Below, one piece after another: positions 31,103-40,411 of a stretch of 64,000 bases of DNA. Below the pieces are notes generated by a model that saw only the letters and a list, made by a program, of their open reading frames with translations, was not told where the DNA came from and ran no database searches. The position numbers and the translations under genes were made by a program. The DNA is taken from contig CAYNRJ010000001.1 of NCBI GenBank assembly GCA_964399865.1, positions 394,050-458,049 of the forward strand. The letters run 5' to 3'. The stretch comes from an uncultured Candidatus Saccharibacteria bacterium (lineage in GTDB: Bacteria > Patescibacteriota > Minisyncoccia > Phycocordibacterales > UBA2100). Numbering within the stretch: position 1 is the stretch's first letter; each line of letters starts with the position of its first letter.

Positions 31103-32404
31103 TTAATTCGAAATCACTACAGCTGCATTCGATTTCACGTTCCCACTTCCATCCTTAAGTTCGATTGTGTAATTTCCTCCTGTTGAATAGGTATGAGTGT
31201 GTGTTGCAGTTGTCGAATAGGCTGTGCAGTTTGTTTTTGCAGCAACAGTAACTGGCGAAGTATTATCATCCCAATTGAGCGTATACGCGACACAGCCCGG
31301 AGTGGTTACTTTCACCGCAACAGCGAATGGATTACCGCCGACCGCGGGAGTGAGAGAATCAATTGTGTAAGAAGTTGAAGCAGGAACAGTTATCGTCACC
31401 GTGGTTCCGGCTGCTGCAGAAGTGGTCTGCGTGCCTTTGTATAAGCGTGCGGCAAACGAGCCTCCGGTTGTGTATTGATGGGTCACGCTGTAAGAAAACG
31501 CTTGGCACGCATCAGCTGGATACTGCAATTCTGTTTTCTGACCGTCACCAAATACAAGTGTGTATACTCCCCCATTGCATGACCTCGAGCCATTCATGGT
31601 ACCGCTCAACGTCACTGATACTGGAGCGGTGCCGCTCGTTGGATTTGCAGAAATGGAATCCGAGGTTGCCGGCTGACTCGAACCCGAGACAGTGACCACA
31701 GCGGATGTGCGATGCGCACCAGAAGAGAGTGTTATTTGATATGTGCCGGGATTGTTATACGTATGTATCAAGCTCTGCAACAATTGCTGACAGTTCCCCT
31801 GAGGCACGGTGATCTGAGTAGACTGTGTACCATCTCCGTAATCAACCATATACACCGCACCAGAGCAGGACGTGACCGTATTCACTGTCGCGTCAATCGT
31901 AACTTGAAGAGGTGCTTGTCCTGAAATTGGCGTTACTCGAATGAATCCGCCGACTGCGGGATTACCGCCTCCTCCCCCCGTTGAACACTGGAGCGACATC
32001 GCCGCAGCTGTTCGAGGTCCCACTTGTCCGAATCCAGTAGTGCCTGGAGTTCCAGAAGAAACAATGTTATACGCAATTTGCCATCGTCTTACGGCATTTT
32101 CTGTGAGAGACCCATAGTAACCTGTCACCATTCCTTCTGGATAAATATTTCTGTCCTGAGCGAGGAATTGTTGCAGACGTGTTACATCTTCACCTGTGGA
32201 ACCTAGGCCCAAGATGCGACCAATGAGCGGGCATCCCGCGGGTGTCCCAGCAGCAGTAGTGCCAGCATTTAATTCTTGTTGAAGCTGCTGCACGCGAAGC
32301 ATGAGTGCGTTCGCTTGAGCCTGCAACTCTTCTATCGACTCAGCGCTTGTAAAGAAAGGAAACGCTATAAACAGTACGACTATAAATTTGGAGAATGTAC
32401 GCAT
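31103..32404 (-). CDS. secreted peptidoglycan-binding protein with PKD domains
   Basis: Signal peptide; G..GEDVTRLQQFL...GYYGSLT; DYGDG..HTY..PG.Y PKD repeats. Confidence 0.8.
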   Translation of the reverse strand: MRTFSKFIVVLFIAFPFFTSAESIEELQAQANALMLRVQQLQQELNAGTTAAGTPAGCPLIGRILGLGSTGEDVTRLQQFLAQDRNIYPEGMVTGYYGSLTENAVRRWQIAYNIVSSGTPGTTGFGQVGPRTAAAMSLQCSTGGGGGNPAVGGFIRVTPISGQAPLQVTIDATVNTVTSCSGAVYMVDYGDGTQSTQITVPQGNCQQLLQSLIHTYNNPGTYQITLSSGAHRTSAVVTVSGSSQPATSDSISANPTSGTAPVSVTLSGTMNGSRSCNGGVYTLVFGDGQKTELQYPADACQAFSYSVTHQYTTGGSFAARLYKGTQTTSAAAGTTVTITVPASTSYTIDSLTPAVGGNPFAVAVKVTTPGCVAYTLNWDDNTSPVTVAAKTNCTAYSTTATHTHTYSTGGNYTIELKDGSGNVKSNAAVVISN

Positions 32405-32466
32405 CACCATATTGTCGCATGCTCGTAGCGCCATGCAATCACGAAAATCCACACGAATGAAGCCCT

Positions 32467-33174
32467 CTACCGGCCTATCTTTGTAAGTATTCTCTCGTGC
32501 CAGAGACGATACCCATCAGAGGACGGATGAAGGCCGTCTGCCGCGAGATATGTCGCAGGATCCTTCACGAAAGGATCAGTCTTCGGATCCTCATAGAAAT
32601 TAACGTATATTCCTCCCTCCTCCCCTACGATCTTCGAGAAAGCTTCGTGATACGTACGGTTTATCATTGTGTGAAGCGGCCGGATAAACCAAGGAAAGAA
32701 CGTCGCGCCACCCACGTTCCCCGCTGTCGCAACAAGAACTTTGTCTGCTTCAGGGAGTGACTGCATCGCCTGTCGTAATTCTTCTCCACTTTTTTTCACA
32801 CTACGGAAACGGATAATGTCATTCGCCCCGATGTGGATGAGAATGACAGAGTAGTGATCAAGTTTGGCTTGTGATATTTGCGATTGCAGGTCCGCCACTT
32901 TTGCACCCGAGACCGAATAATTTTCTGCATAGGTTGCACCGATGTGTGCGGCTAACCGTCCCGCTGTCGTATCTTCTTTCTTCTCGGCCCCAACCCCTAC
33001 CGCCGTACTGTCTCCCAAAATCAACATGGTCTTCGTGCGGTCATCGCTCACAAGACTAAAGAGTGTACTTTTTTCAATTAATTGTTTCGAGATTTCGATT
33101 TTGCGATATATCGAAATTCCGTAATACAGCGCCACACACGCAAGTATCGCGAGAGCATATAGAGTAAATTTCAT
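32467..33174 (-). CDS. SGNH/GDSL hydrolase
   Basis: GDSTAVG, GANDI, DGLHPS. Confidence 0.9.
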   Translation of the reverse strand: MKFTLYALAILACVALYYGISIYRKIEISKQLIEKSTLFSLVSDDRTKTMLILGDSTAVGVGAEKKEDTTAGRLAAHIGATYAENYSVSGAKVADLQSQISQAKLDHYSVILIHIGANDIIRFRSVKKSGEELRQAMQSLPEADKVLVATAGNVGGATFFPWFIRPLHTMINRTYHEAFSKIVGEEGGIYVNFYEDPKTDPFVKDPATYLAADGLHPSSDGYRLWHERILTKIGR

Positions 33175-33175
33175 G

Positions 33176-33210
33176 TCCGCCTGCCTGGACTCGAACCAGG
33201 AACCCCAGAG
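33176..33210 (-). other. 3' half of the outer tRNA-like shell
   Basis: CTCTG-GGGTT-CCTGG-TTCGAGT-CCAGG-CAGGCGG-A; 3 differences from the tRNA-Ile 3' half. Confidence 0.8.
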
Positions 33211-33257
33211 CATATCTTCGATATGGTGTCTTCGTTCGGACGAACTGCAAGAATGTG

Positions 33258-33331
33258 TCCGCCCGCTTGGACTCGAACCAAGAACCCCAGAGGTATAAGC
33301 TCTGTGCTCTAACCAATTGAGCTACGGGCGG
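33258..33331 (-). tRNA. tRNA-Ile(TAT)
   Basis: CCGCCCG/CGGGCGG acceptor, CAGAG-CTTATAC-CTCTG anticodon arm, A73. Confidence 0.93.
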
Positions 33332-33364
33332 ACACATTCTTTCAATCGATCCTCACTAGCCACC

Positions 33365-33401
33365 ATAAGCTCTGCACTCAACCAGAGTGCGCTTCAGGCG
33401 T
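33365..33401 (-). other. 5' half of the outer tRNA-like shell
   Basis: ACGCCTG-AA-GCGCACTCTGGTTGAGTG-CAGAG-CTTAT; CGCCTG pairs with CAGGCG of 33176-33210; TATAAT at 33415-33410. Confidence 0.7.
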
Positions 33402-33434
33402 AGAAAACGATTATAAACCCGCCCTTCAATTTTG

Positions 33435-34571
33435 CTAGCGGATGACTTTTGCGACTGCCTTCGCTACCCGTTTATCGAACATGTCGGGAATGATCTTTTC
33501 TGGCGTCGGCTTTTTCACCAAGGCCGCTATCGCGCGGGCGGCCTTTAGTTTCATCTCATCCGTTATCGCATGCACATGGTGATCCAAGACACCGCGGAAA
33601 ATTCCAGGAAATGCGAGTGAGTTGTTTATCTGATTTGGAAAATCTGAGCGGCCTGTCGCTACGATGAGCGCTCCGCCCCTCTTCGCCTCATCCGGCATAA
33701 TTTCTGGAACAGGATTCGCCATCGCAAATACGATCGCATTCTTGGCCATGAGCTTAATGTCCTCCGCTGTCGCAAGCCCCGGCCCAGAAACTCCGATAAG
33801 CACATCGGCTCCTTTCATTGCTTCGTGAAAACCGCCCTGAATCTTCTCGGGATTTGTGAACATGGCGAGATCTCGTTTGTGCCAGTCGGTGCGAGTTTCG
33901 TCGATAATACCTTTACTATCGAGAACGATAATATTCCTTGCTCCCGCCAAATGTAGAAACCTCGCAACAGCAGTGCCGGCGGCTCCTGCCCCCGAGATCA
34001 CGATACGTATCTTCGCTAAATCTTTTTTAACGACCTTGAGCGCATTCAAAAGCCCCGCAAACACGACGATCGCTGTCGCATGTTGGTCATCATGCATGAC
34101 TGGAATGTTTAGTGCTTCGATGAGACGACGCTCAATTTCAAAACAGCGCGGCGCTGAAATATCTTCCAAGTTAATACCACCAAAGCCCGGCGCGATGTGA
34201 ATGATCGTATCAATTATCTTTTCTGTGTCCTGCGTATCAAGCACAATTGGAAATGCATCAACTCCTCCAAAGGTTTTAAAAAGTGCACATTTCCCTTCCA
34301 TCACGGGAAGTGCACCTAGTGCACCGATATTTCCGAGACCAAGAACTGCTGAGCCATCTGAAATGACAGCTATCGTGCGGCCTTTCATTGTGTACTCGCG
34401 CGCTGCGGCAGGATTTTTTGCAACGAGCGAAGAAACGGCGGCAACACCGGGCGTATAGACCAGCGAGAGATCCGCGCGATTCTTTACGGGGATGGTGGGC
34501 GTTACTCGGAGTTTGCCACCGAGCTTTTTGTGAAGCGCGATGGCTTTTTTATACACATCGGTTTTTTTCAT
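33435..34571 (-). CDS. NAD(P)-dependent malic enzyme
   Basis: YTPGV, GLGNIG, NLEDISAP, HDDQH, GAGAAG. Confidence 0.95.
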   Translation of the reverse strand: MKKTDVYKKAIALHKKLGGKLRVTPTIPVKNRADLSLVYTPGVAAVSSLVAKNPAAAREYTMKGRTIAVISDGSAVLGLGNIGALGALPVMEGKCALFKTFGGVDAFPIVLDTQDTEKIIDTIIHIAPGFGGINLEDISAPRCFEIERRLIEALNIPVMHDDQHATAIVVFAGLLNALKVVKKDLAKIRIVISGAGAAGTAVARFLHLAGARNIIVLDSKGIIDETRTDWHKRDLAMFTNPEKIQGGFHEAMKGADVLIGVSGPGLATAEDIKLMAKNAIVFAMANPVPEIMPDEAKRGGALIVATGRSDFPNQINNSLAFPGIFRGVLDHHVHAITDEMKLKAARAIAALVKKPTPEKIIPDMFDKRVAKAVAKVIR

Positions 34572-34584
34572 TCCGACAACAATA

Positions 34585-35520
34585 TCACTTCTTTCGCCTT
34601 GGGCGAATTATCTTTCCATTCTCACCTAAAATAGTCTTAAGGAGAGCCATGCGGACCAGTACCCCGTATCCCGCTTGCTTGAAATAGACAGCGCGTGGCG
34701 AATCGTCCACCTCGAGAGCGATCTCCCCTGCTCGCGGCAGTGGATGAATGAGAATTGCACCCTCTTTCATATGATCAACCATGTCCCGATTTATTACATA
34801 CGCACCTTTGAACTGTAGGTATTCATCTTCTGACGGGAATCTCTCTTTCTGCACCCGTGTCTGGTACACGACATCCGCAGCATTCATCGCAGAGGTAAGT
34901 TCTGTCGTCTCTTCAAACGTCACTTTATTCTCGGTGAGATACTGTTTTATATCGTCTTTCATTTTGAGCGCAGGAGCGGAAACAAAAGACATGTGAATGT
35001 TCTCGTACTTACCGAGAAGATACGCGAGTGAACGGGCCGCTCGGCCATATTTGAGATCACCCACGAACGCTATGTGAAAATTATCGGTACGCCCAATTTC
35101 ACGCTGAATAGTGTAGAGATCGAGAAACGCCTGGGTTGGATGCTGTCCTGCACCGTCACCTCCGTTTATTATCGGCACTTCTGAAACTGCTGCTGCGCGC
35201 GCTGCCGTTCCCTCTTCGGGATGACGCATGACGATAATATCCGCGTAATTATCAACGATACGAACAGTGTCTTCGATCGTCTCGCCTTTCGTTGAAGAAG
35301 AAGACTCGCTGGCATTTTCCATTGAGAGAACATTGCCGCCGAGTCGCAGCATGGCGCTCTCAAATGAGAGACGCGTGCGTGTGGAAGGTTCAAAAAAAAG
35401 AGAGGCAAGTATTTTGCCCCGCAGTGATTCATCGCGCTTCCCTTCATATGATGTTGCGAGCTTGAAAAGCTCTGCGAGTGCCTCTTTCGTGAGCTGCTGT
35501 GTCTCTATGAGATGCTGCAT
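34585..35520 (-). CDS. pyrB: aspartate carbamoyltransferase
   Basis: FFEPSTRT, HPTQ, HPLP. Confidence 0.96.
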   Translation of the reverse strand: MQHLIETQQLTKEALAELFKLATSYEGKRDESLRGKILASLFFEPSTRTRLSFESAMLRLGGNVLSMENASESSSSTKGETIEDTVRIVDNYADIIVMRHPEEGTAARAAAVSEVPIINGGDGAGQHPTQAFLDLYTIQREIGRTDNFHIAFVGDLKYGRAARSLAYLLGKYENIHMSFVSAPALKMKDDIKQYLTENKVTFEETTELTSAMNAADVVYQTRVQKERFPSEDEYLQFKGAYVINRDMVDHMKEGAILIHPLPRAGEIALEVDDSPRAVYFKQAGYGVLVRMALLKTILGENGKIIRPRRKK

Positions 35521-35567
35521 CAGAAACGAGTATACCATTAGGGGGTGTGTTGTATACTGCTATTCAC

Positions 35568-36650
35568 ATGGATTCGGTGACGATCAAAAAACCATTCGAT
35601 TCCCACCTCCACATAAGGCGCGGAGCAATGCTGAGGGCCGTATTGCCGGAGTCTACAAAAGGCTTTTGGGGCGGCATTATCATGCCAAACACCGATCCGC
35701 CTATTGATTCAGTTGAACTCGCTGCCTCATACAAAGAAGAGATCGTTGACGCTATTCCTGCAGGCAAGTCATTCGAGCCATTGATGACATTTTACCTAAC
35801 TAAGAAACTCACCGCTGCAGATATAGAGAAGGGTTTTCTTGCGAAAACTGGTGTGAAAATCCATGCCGTAAAATTCTATCCATTCGGAGCAACTACCAAT
35901 TCGCAGTGGGGCTACCGTTCAATCCTTGATGCGAGTGATGTGCTAAAAAAAATGGAGGAGCTTGGTATGCCACTTCTACTGCATGGCGAAGTACACTTAA
36001 ATGATCATAACGAGGAGGAAGATCCATACGAAGGAGAAGCGCTTTTCATAAAAGAGACTCTCCCCCGTTTACTCGAAACATATCCCAATCTAAAAATATC
36101 GCTTGAGCATGTAAGTACTGCGCTCGGCGCAGACTTCATCGAAAAAAATGGTAAAGCCGGCAGGCTGGTTGCCACCCTCACCCCACATCACCTTATGTAC
36201 GATAAAGAAATGGCTGCGGCCGCAAAATATCCAGGACTCCTTAATTGCAAACCTCTTCTTAAATCACCGCAAGATCGCGAAGCAATTCGCGCGCTCGCTG
36301 CAAAAGGTCTCCCTTTTATCTCCGCAGGCACCGATAGCGCTCCACACCCGGAGGAGAAAAAATTGTCCCCTACCCCGGCGTTCGGAGTTTTCAGCGCGTC
36401 GGTAGCAGTTGAGCTCTATACGCAAATATTCGATGAATTGCACGCCCTGGATAAGCTTGAAAATTTCCTTTCTGTGAACGGTCCACGTTTTTTTAGCTTC
36501 GAACCTTCAAATGAATCCCTCACTCTTGTAAAAAAAGATTGGCAGGTCACTGAGCCAATTGTCACCGAAGAAGGAATAAAGGTGTGGCCGATTGCACATA
36601 AAGAATACGGCCTCGGAAACGAAGTGATTCACTGGCAGGTGCATGCCTGA
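35568..36650 (+). CDS. pyrC: dihydroorotase (homodimeric type)
   Basis: DSHLHIR, IMPNT, LHGE, LEHVST, GTDSAPH. Confidence 0.92.
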   Translation: MDSVTIKKPFDSHLHIRRGAMLRAVLPESTKGFWGGIIMPNTDPPIDSVELAASYKEEIVDAIPAGKSFEPLMTFYLTKKLTAADIEKGFLAKTGVKIHAVKFYPFGATTNSQWGYRSILDASDVLKKMEELGMPLLLHGEVHLNDHNEEEDPYEGEALFIKETLPRLLETYPNLKISLEHVSTALGADFIEKNGKAGRLVATLTPHHLMYDKEMAAAAKYPGLLNCKPLLKSPQDREAIRALAAKGLPFISAGTDSAPHPEEKKLSPTPAFGVFSASVAVELYTQIFDELHALDKLENFLSVNGPRFFSFEPSNESLTLVKKDWQVTEPIVTEEGIKVWPIAHKEYGLGNEVIHWQVHA

Positions 36651-36705
36651 TATAGTGCCGGCAGCCCCACATCGTTCCTTTTTCAAGGGGCAGATTGGAG
36701 GAATC

Positions 36706-37026
36706 ATGTTTAAACTTGCGCTCGCCCAAGGCGGAAGCGTCGTTATCCTGATCGGCATCTTCGTCATGCGCTTTGTCCTGTGGTGGGTATGGTTACTCTG
36801 GCTAGTGATCAAGCACAAGCTCGCGCCAAACCACATGTTCACCGGCACGATGATGCTGACGCTCTCTGCGATGATCTTCGGGCTCTGTCTTCTCATGGCC
36901 GCGGCGGCGGAAGAAACGTACTGGTACGAGGGATTTTCCCTCGCCAGCGTCTTCTACTTCACGCTCGGCGCGATCGTCACCCTTCGCCTGCCCGATCTGA
37001 GAGCGATCGAGCCTCCTGGAGAGTAG
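36706..37026 (+). CDS. GC-rich membrane protein, hypothetical
   Basis: Hydrophobic ORF; GGAGG Shine-Dalgarno before ATG 36706. Confidence 0.6.
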   Translation: MFKLALAQGGSVVILIGIFVMRFVLWWVWLLWLVIKHKLAPNHMFTGTMMLTLSAMIFGLCLLMAAAAEETYWYEGFSLASVFYFTLGAIVTLRLPDLRAIEPPGE

Positions 37027-37046
37027 GCTGTACCCAAGAGAAATGA

Positions 37047-37071
37047 ATCGGGCCCGCGATGCGGGCCCGAT
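37047..37071. terminator. hairpin between convergent genes
   Basis: ATCGGGCCCGC-GAT-GCGGGCCCGAT followed by a T-run. Confidence 0.7.
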
Positions 37072-37078
37072 CACTTTT

Positions 37079-39016
37079 TTACACGAGCGGCTGATGCTCG
37101 ATATCTTCTTTCTTTTTTGGTGTGATCCCGTTTGCTATGAGAATTTGCTCAAATGCGTCACGTTCGATCGTTTCCACCTCCACAAGCTTCTTCGCTATCG
37201 CGTCCAACACTTTTCGATGTTTGGTGAGAACATCCTCTGCAGTTTTTCGTGCGCTTTCGACTATCTTCTTCACTTCCTCGTCGATCTGCGCAGCAACTAC
37301 CTGAGACTGCTCGCTTGGTTCAATACCCGCGCCGAACATAGTGCGGCCCTGCGCAGGTTCAAGTGCTATAGGACCAAATTTCTCTGACATGCCGTAGCGA
37401 GTCACCATGTCACGAGCGAGTGCAGTTAATACCTGTAGGTCATTTGATGCGCCTGTTGTTACGTCGTTGTAGATCATCTTCTCCGCGATGTAACCGCCGA
37501 GCGAGACCGCGATGTCGTCAATGAATTCATTACGTGACTGCATCTTTCGGTCTTCGAAAGGAAGTTTCAATGTGTAACCTGCAGCGCGACCACGGCTGAT
37601 GATGGAAATCTTGTGGACTGGGTCAGCGTACGGGAGGACAGAGGACACAAGTGCGTGACCTGCTTCGTGATATGCAGTGATCTCTTTCTCTTTCTTGTTG
37701 AGAATGTGAGAGCGGCGTTCGGGCCCGAGCATAACCTTTTCAATGGATCGTATGAGGTCGTACTGAGTGATCTCCTTTCTATCCTCACGCGCAGCAAGAA
37801 TTGCAGCCTCGTTCATAAGATTTGCGAGGTCTGCACCTGAGAATCCCGGAGTTCGCTCCGCGATAACAGCGATATTCACGTCAGGGCCGAGTGGTTTCTT
37901 GCGAGCATGCACTTTCATTATGTCCTCGCGGTCTTTTCTATCAGGAAGGTCGATGACTACGCGTCGATCGAATCGGCCCGGACGGACCAACGCTGGATCG
38001 AGCACATCAGGCCTGTTCGTCGCTGCCATGATGACAACTTTCTCATTTGGCTCGAAGCCATCCATTTCAACAAGTATCTGGTTCAAGGTCTGTTCCCTTT
38101 CGTCGTTTCCCCCACCTACACCAGAACCACGTACGCGGCCGATTGCATCTATTTCATCGATGAAAAGAATAGCTGGGGCCGCTTTCTTCGCGACCGAGAA
38201 TGTGTCACGGACGCGGGAAGCTCCTACGCCCACAAACATCTCTACGAATTCTGACCCAGAGATCGAGAAGAACGGCACATTACTCTCGCCTGCAACAGCG
38301 CGCGCAAGAAGTGTCTTTCCAGTACCAGCGGAACCCATAAGGAGCACTCCCTTTGGAATACGGGCACCGATCTGAATAAATTTCTTCGGATTCTTGAGAA
38401 AGTCTACAATCTCCGTGAGTTCTGCCTTCGCTTCCTTCGCGCCAGCAACATCAGCGAACGTCACTTTCTGCGCAGCGTCTTCCGGATTCACGAGCTTCGC
38501 CATCGAGCGACCGAACGTGAACGCCTGCATTCCCGATCCTCGCATCTGACGAGAGAGGTACCAGATGATACCCACGATTAAAATGACCGGAATAAGAAGT
38601 GGAGCGAGCGTCAAAAACCAGAAACGTGCGCCTCCCTCATCTTTGACTGTTATTTCAACAGCTGAGAGTTTCTCTGGCGAGACATTGTAGTTCGCAAACG
38701 TTTCTGTAAGTGAACTCTCTGATTCTTTGCGAGATGTTTTTTCAGTCTCATCTTTATACGTAACGGTAATATCGGTTCCTTCAACTAGGATCGAGGTTAC
38801 AAGACCCGCCTCAATATCGGAGACGATTTGTGAGAGGGAGACTTCCTCGGTATCCTCAATGATGTACTTCTGAACGAGAGAGAACCCCGTAGAAAGCATG
38901 AGAAAGATTGCGAATGCAATCGCAAGCTGTAACCATATAGAGGGTCTACCCGGTACGCGACCTCCGGCACCTGGCCCTTTTGGCATCTTTTGACTCCCCA
39001 TCGGCGAATTTGGCAT
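37079..39016 (-). CDS. ftsH: ATP-dependent zinc metalloprotease FtsH
   Basis: Two TM helices, [24 protein letters not shown]. Confidence 0.97.
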   Translation of the reverse strand: MPNSPMGSQKMPKGPGAGGRVPGRPSIWLQLAIAFAIFLMLSTGFSLVQKYIIEDTEEVSLSQIVSDIEAGLVTSILVEGTDITVTYKDETEKTSRKESESSLTETFANYNVSPEKLSAVEITVKDEGGARFWFLTLAPLLIPVILIVGIIWYLSRQMRGSGMQAFTFGRSMAKLVNPEDAAQKVTFADVAGAKEAKAELTEIVDFLKNPKKFIQIGARIPKGVLLMGSAGTGKTLLARAVAGESNVPFFSISGSEFVEMFVGVGASRVRDTFSVAKKAAPAILFIDEIDAIGRVRGSGVGGGNDEREQTLNQILVEMDGFEPNEKVVIMAATNRPDVLDPALVRPGRFDRRVVIDLPDRKDREDIMKVHARKKPLGPDVNIAVIAERTPGFSGADLANLMNEAAILAAREDRKEITQYDLIRSIEKVMLGPERRSHILNKKEKEITAYHEAGHALVSSVLPYADPVHKISIISRGRAAGYTLKLPFEDRKMQSRNEFIDDIAVSLGGYIAEKMIYNDVTTGASNDLQVLTALARDMVTRYGMSEKFGPIALEPAQGRTMFGAGIEPSEQSQVVAAQIDEEVKKIVESARKTAEDVLTKHRKVLDAIAKKLVEVETIERDAFEQILIANGITPKKKEDIEHQPLV

Positions 39017-39067
39017 ATCGGGGCATTATACTCATAAGCCCGATTTGAGCCAGTTTTTACGCCAAAC

Positions 39068-40324
39068 CTACTTAGAAACGACGATACCTATATTCTGAGT
39101 CCTGTTCGCTGTGAGCTTAAAGGAAAGTGGATTTTCAGTCGTCACTTTGTACCCTCGTGGAGCAACATATGACATCTCGTAGGTATCCGCCTGTAGTTTG
39201 CTGAAGATATATCTTCCATCCCTTCCGACAGCCGCAGTATGCTTAACGGGAGTTACCGCTGCTTCCATGAGCTCAACTACTCCCCCGCCGTAGGATTTCT
39301 CAGAGAGGTCTTTCCTCCCATTTGAATTTGAATCTATCCAAACAATACCGGTGACAGTGTACGTTTTGGTATTTTCTACAAATTGAGGCACGCATTTTGC
39401 GTACTGATAACTTCCCGACAATGTACCGTTTCGACATACACGAGTCTCCGACTGACATCCTATGCGTGGAACTTCCCTATCTGTCTTGTAGAACGTCGCT
39501 GAAGAACCGTTAGCAACCGTTTGCCCATCTAACGTGCACGATCTACCAGTAGTCGGTTTGTAACCATATCCATAAGACGTATTCAGCGTGAGCTTGTTGC
39601 CACTTGCACCGCTCACGATAGCTTTTTGTGAGACACATTTGGTGTATCCGTACTTACCCTGGTATCCGTAGGTAACTCTGTTGCACTGGTCACCAGATCC
39701 ACTACCCGAGATAGATGCTTGTATCGTAGCGGCACCTCCAACTTCCTTTGCGTTAGATGCAGATCGCGCCGTCGCACCGAACGTGAGCACGCCCGAAGAC
39801 TGCACGGGATATACGGGAAGTGGTTGTGAGAATGAAACTATGTACGTGTTACCAGACCGAGCCTCTGCACGAACTGGAAGTTTGATGTTGCCGCAGCTTC
39901 CCCCTGGATATCCGTACCCGTACGTAACACCTGCAGGTATGCAGTACCGATAATCCATAGTGAACTCGCTGAGTAGTACCGTGGTCGCCCCCCTACCTGC
40001 CGCTGCTACTTTCACCTCAATAGAATTAAGGTTCGCGAAATTTGTTACGTTCTTAGAGCGCACGTCAAAAGTGGCGAGTATCGTTGGATTTCCGAGAGTG
40101 ACCGCGCCGTTTGGAGTCGAGGCGTTGCGGCTTATTGCTATGAGCGGATTCCCGTTGAATGCAGTGATCGCGGCTGCGAAAAACGTCCCTGCCCCGCCCG
40201 TGAATTGTGCGGAGGCTAAGGTAAATGAACTACCAATGAGAGCGACCGCTGCGACTACTAATCCCGCTTTTTTAATAATCTTGTCCTTCGAGCGCAAGCG
40301 CTTCGAAAAAGATGATTTTTTCAT
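39068..40324 (-). CDS. secreted protein with YGY motifs and a C-terminal SdrD-B/Cna-like domain
   Basis: Signal peptide; YGYG/YGY motifs; G.VWIDSNSNGRKD..E. Confidence 0.7.
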   Translation of the reverse strand: MKKSSFSKRLRSKDKIIKKAGLVVAAVALIGSSFTLASAQFTGGAGTFFAAAITAFNGNPLIAISRNASTPNGAVTLGNPTILATFDVRSKNVTNFANLNSIEVKVAAAGRGATTVLLSEFTMDYRYCIPAGVTYGYGYPGGSCGNIKLPVRAEARSGNTYIVSFSQPLPVYPVQSSGVLTFGATARSASNAKEVGGAATIQASISGSGSGDQCNRVTYGYQGKYGYTKCVSQKAIVSGASGNKLTLNTSYGYGYKPTTGRSCTLDGQTVANGSSATFYKTDREVPRIGCQSETRVCRNGTLSGSYQYAKCVPQFVENTKTYTVTGIVWIDSNSNGRKDLSEKSYGGGVVELMEAAVTPVKHTAAVGRDGRYIFSKLQADTYEMSYVAPRGYKVTTENPLSFKLTANRTQNIGIVVSK

Positions 40325-40411
40325 GAAGTATCTACACGATATACCCCCCTTCTTACGGCTGCCATGCTCAACTGGGGAAAACCTTTATTCTACGTACGTT
40401 ACACTTCCTCC

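Noticed and set aside
33074-33337. 87-aa ORF with a repeated LWGSWFES-like sequence, and the N-terminal extension of the SGNH ORF
   Set aside because: These are translations of the tRNA-Ile gene and its duplicated 3' half.
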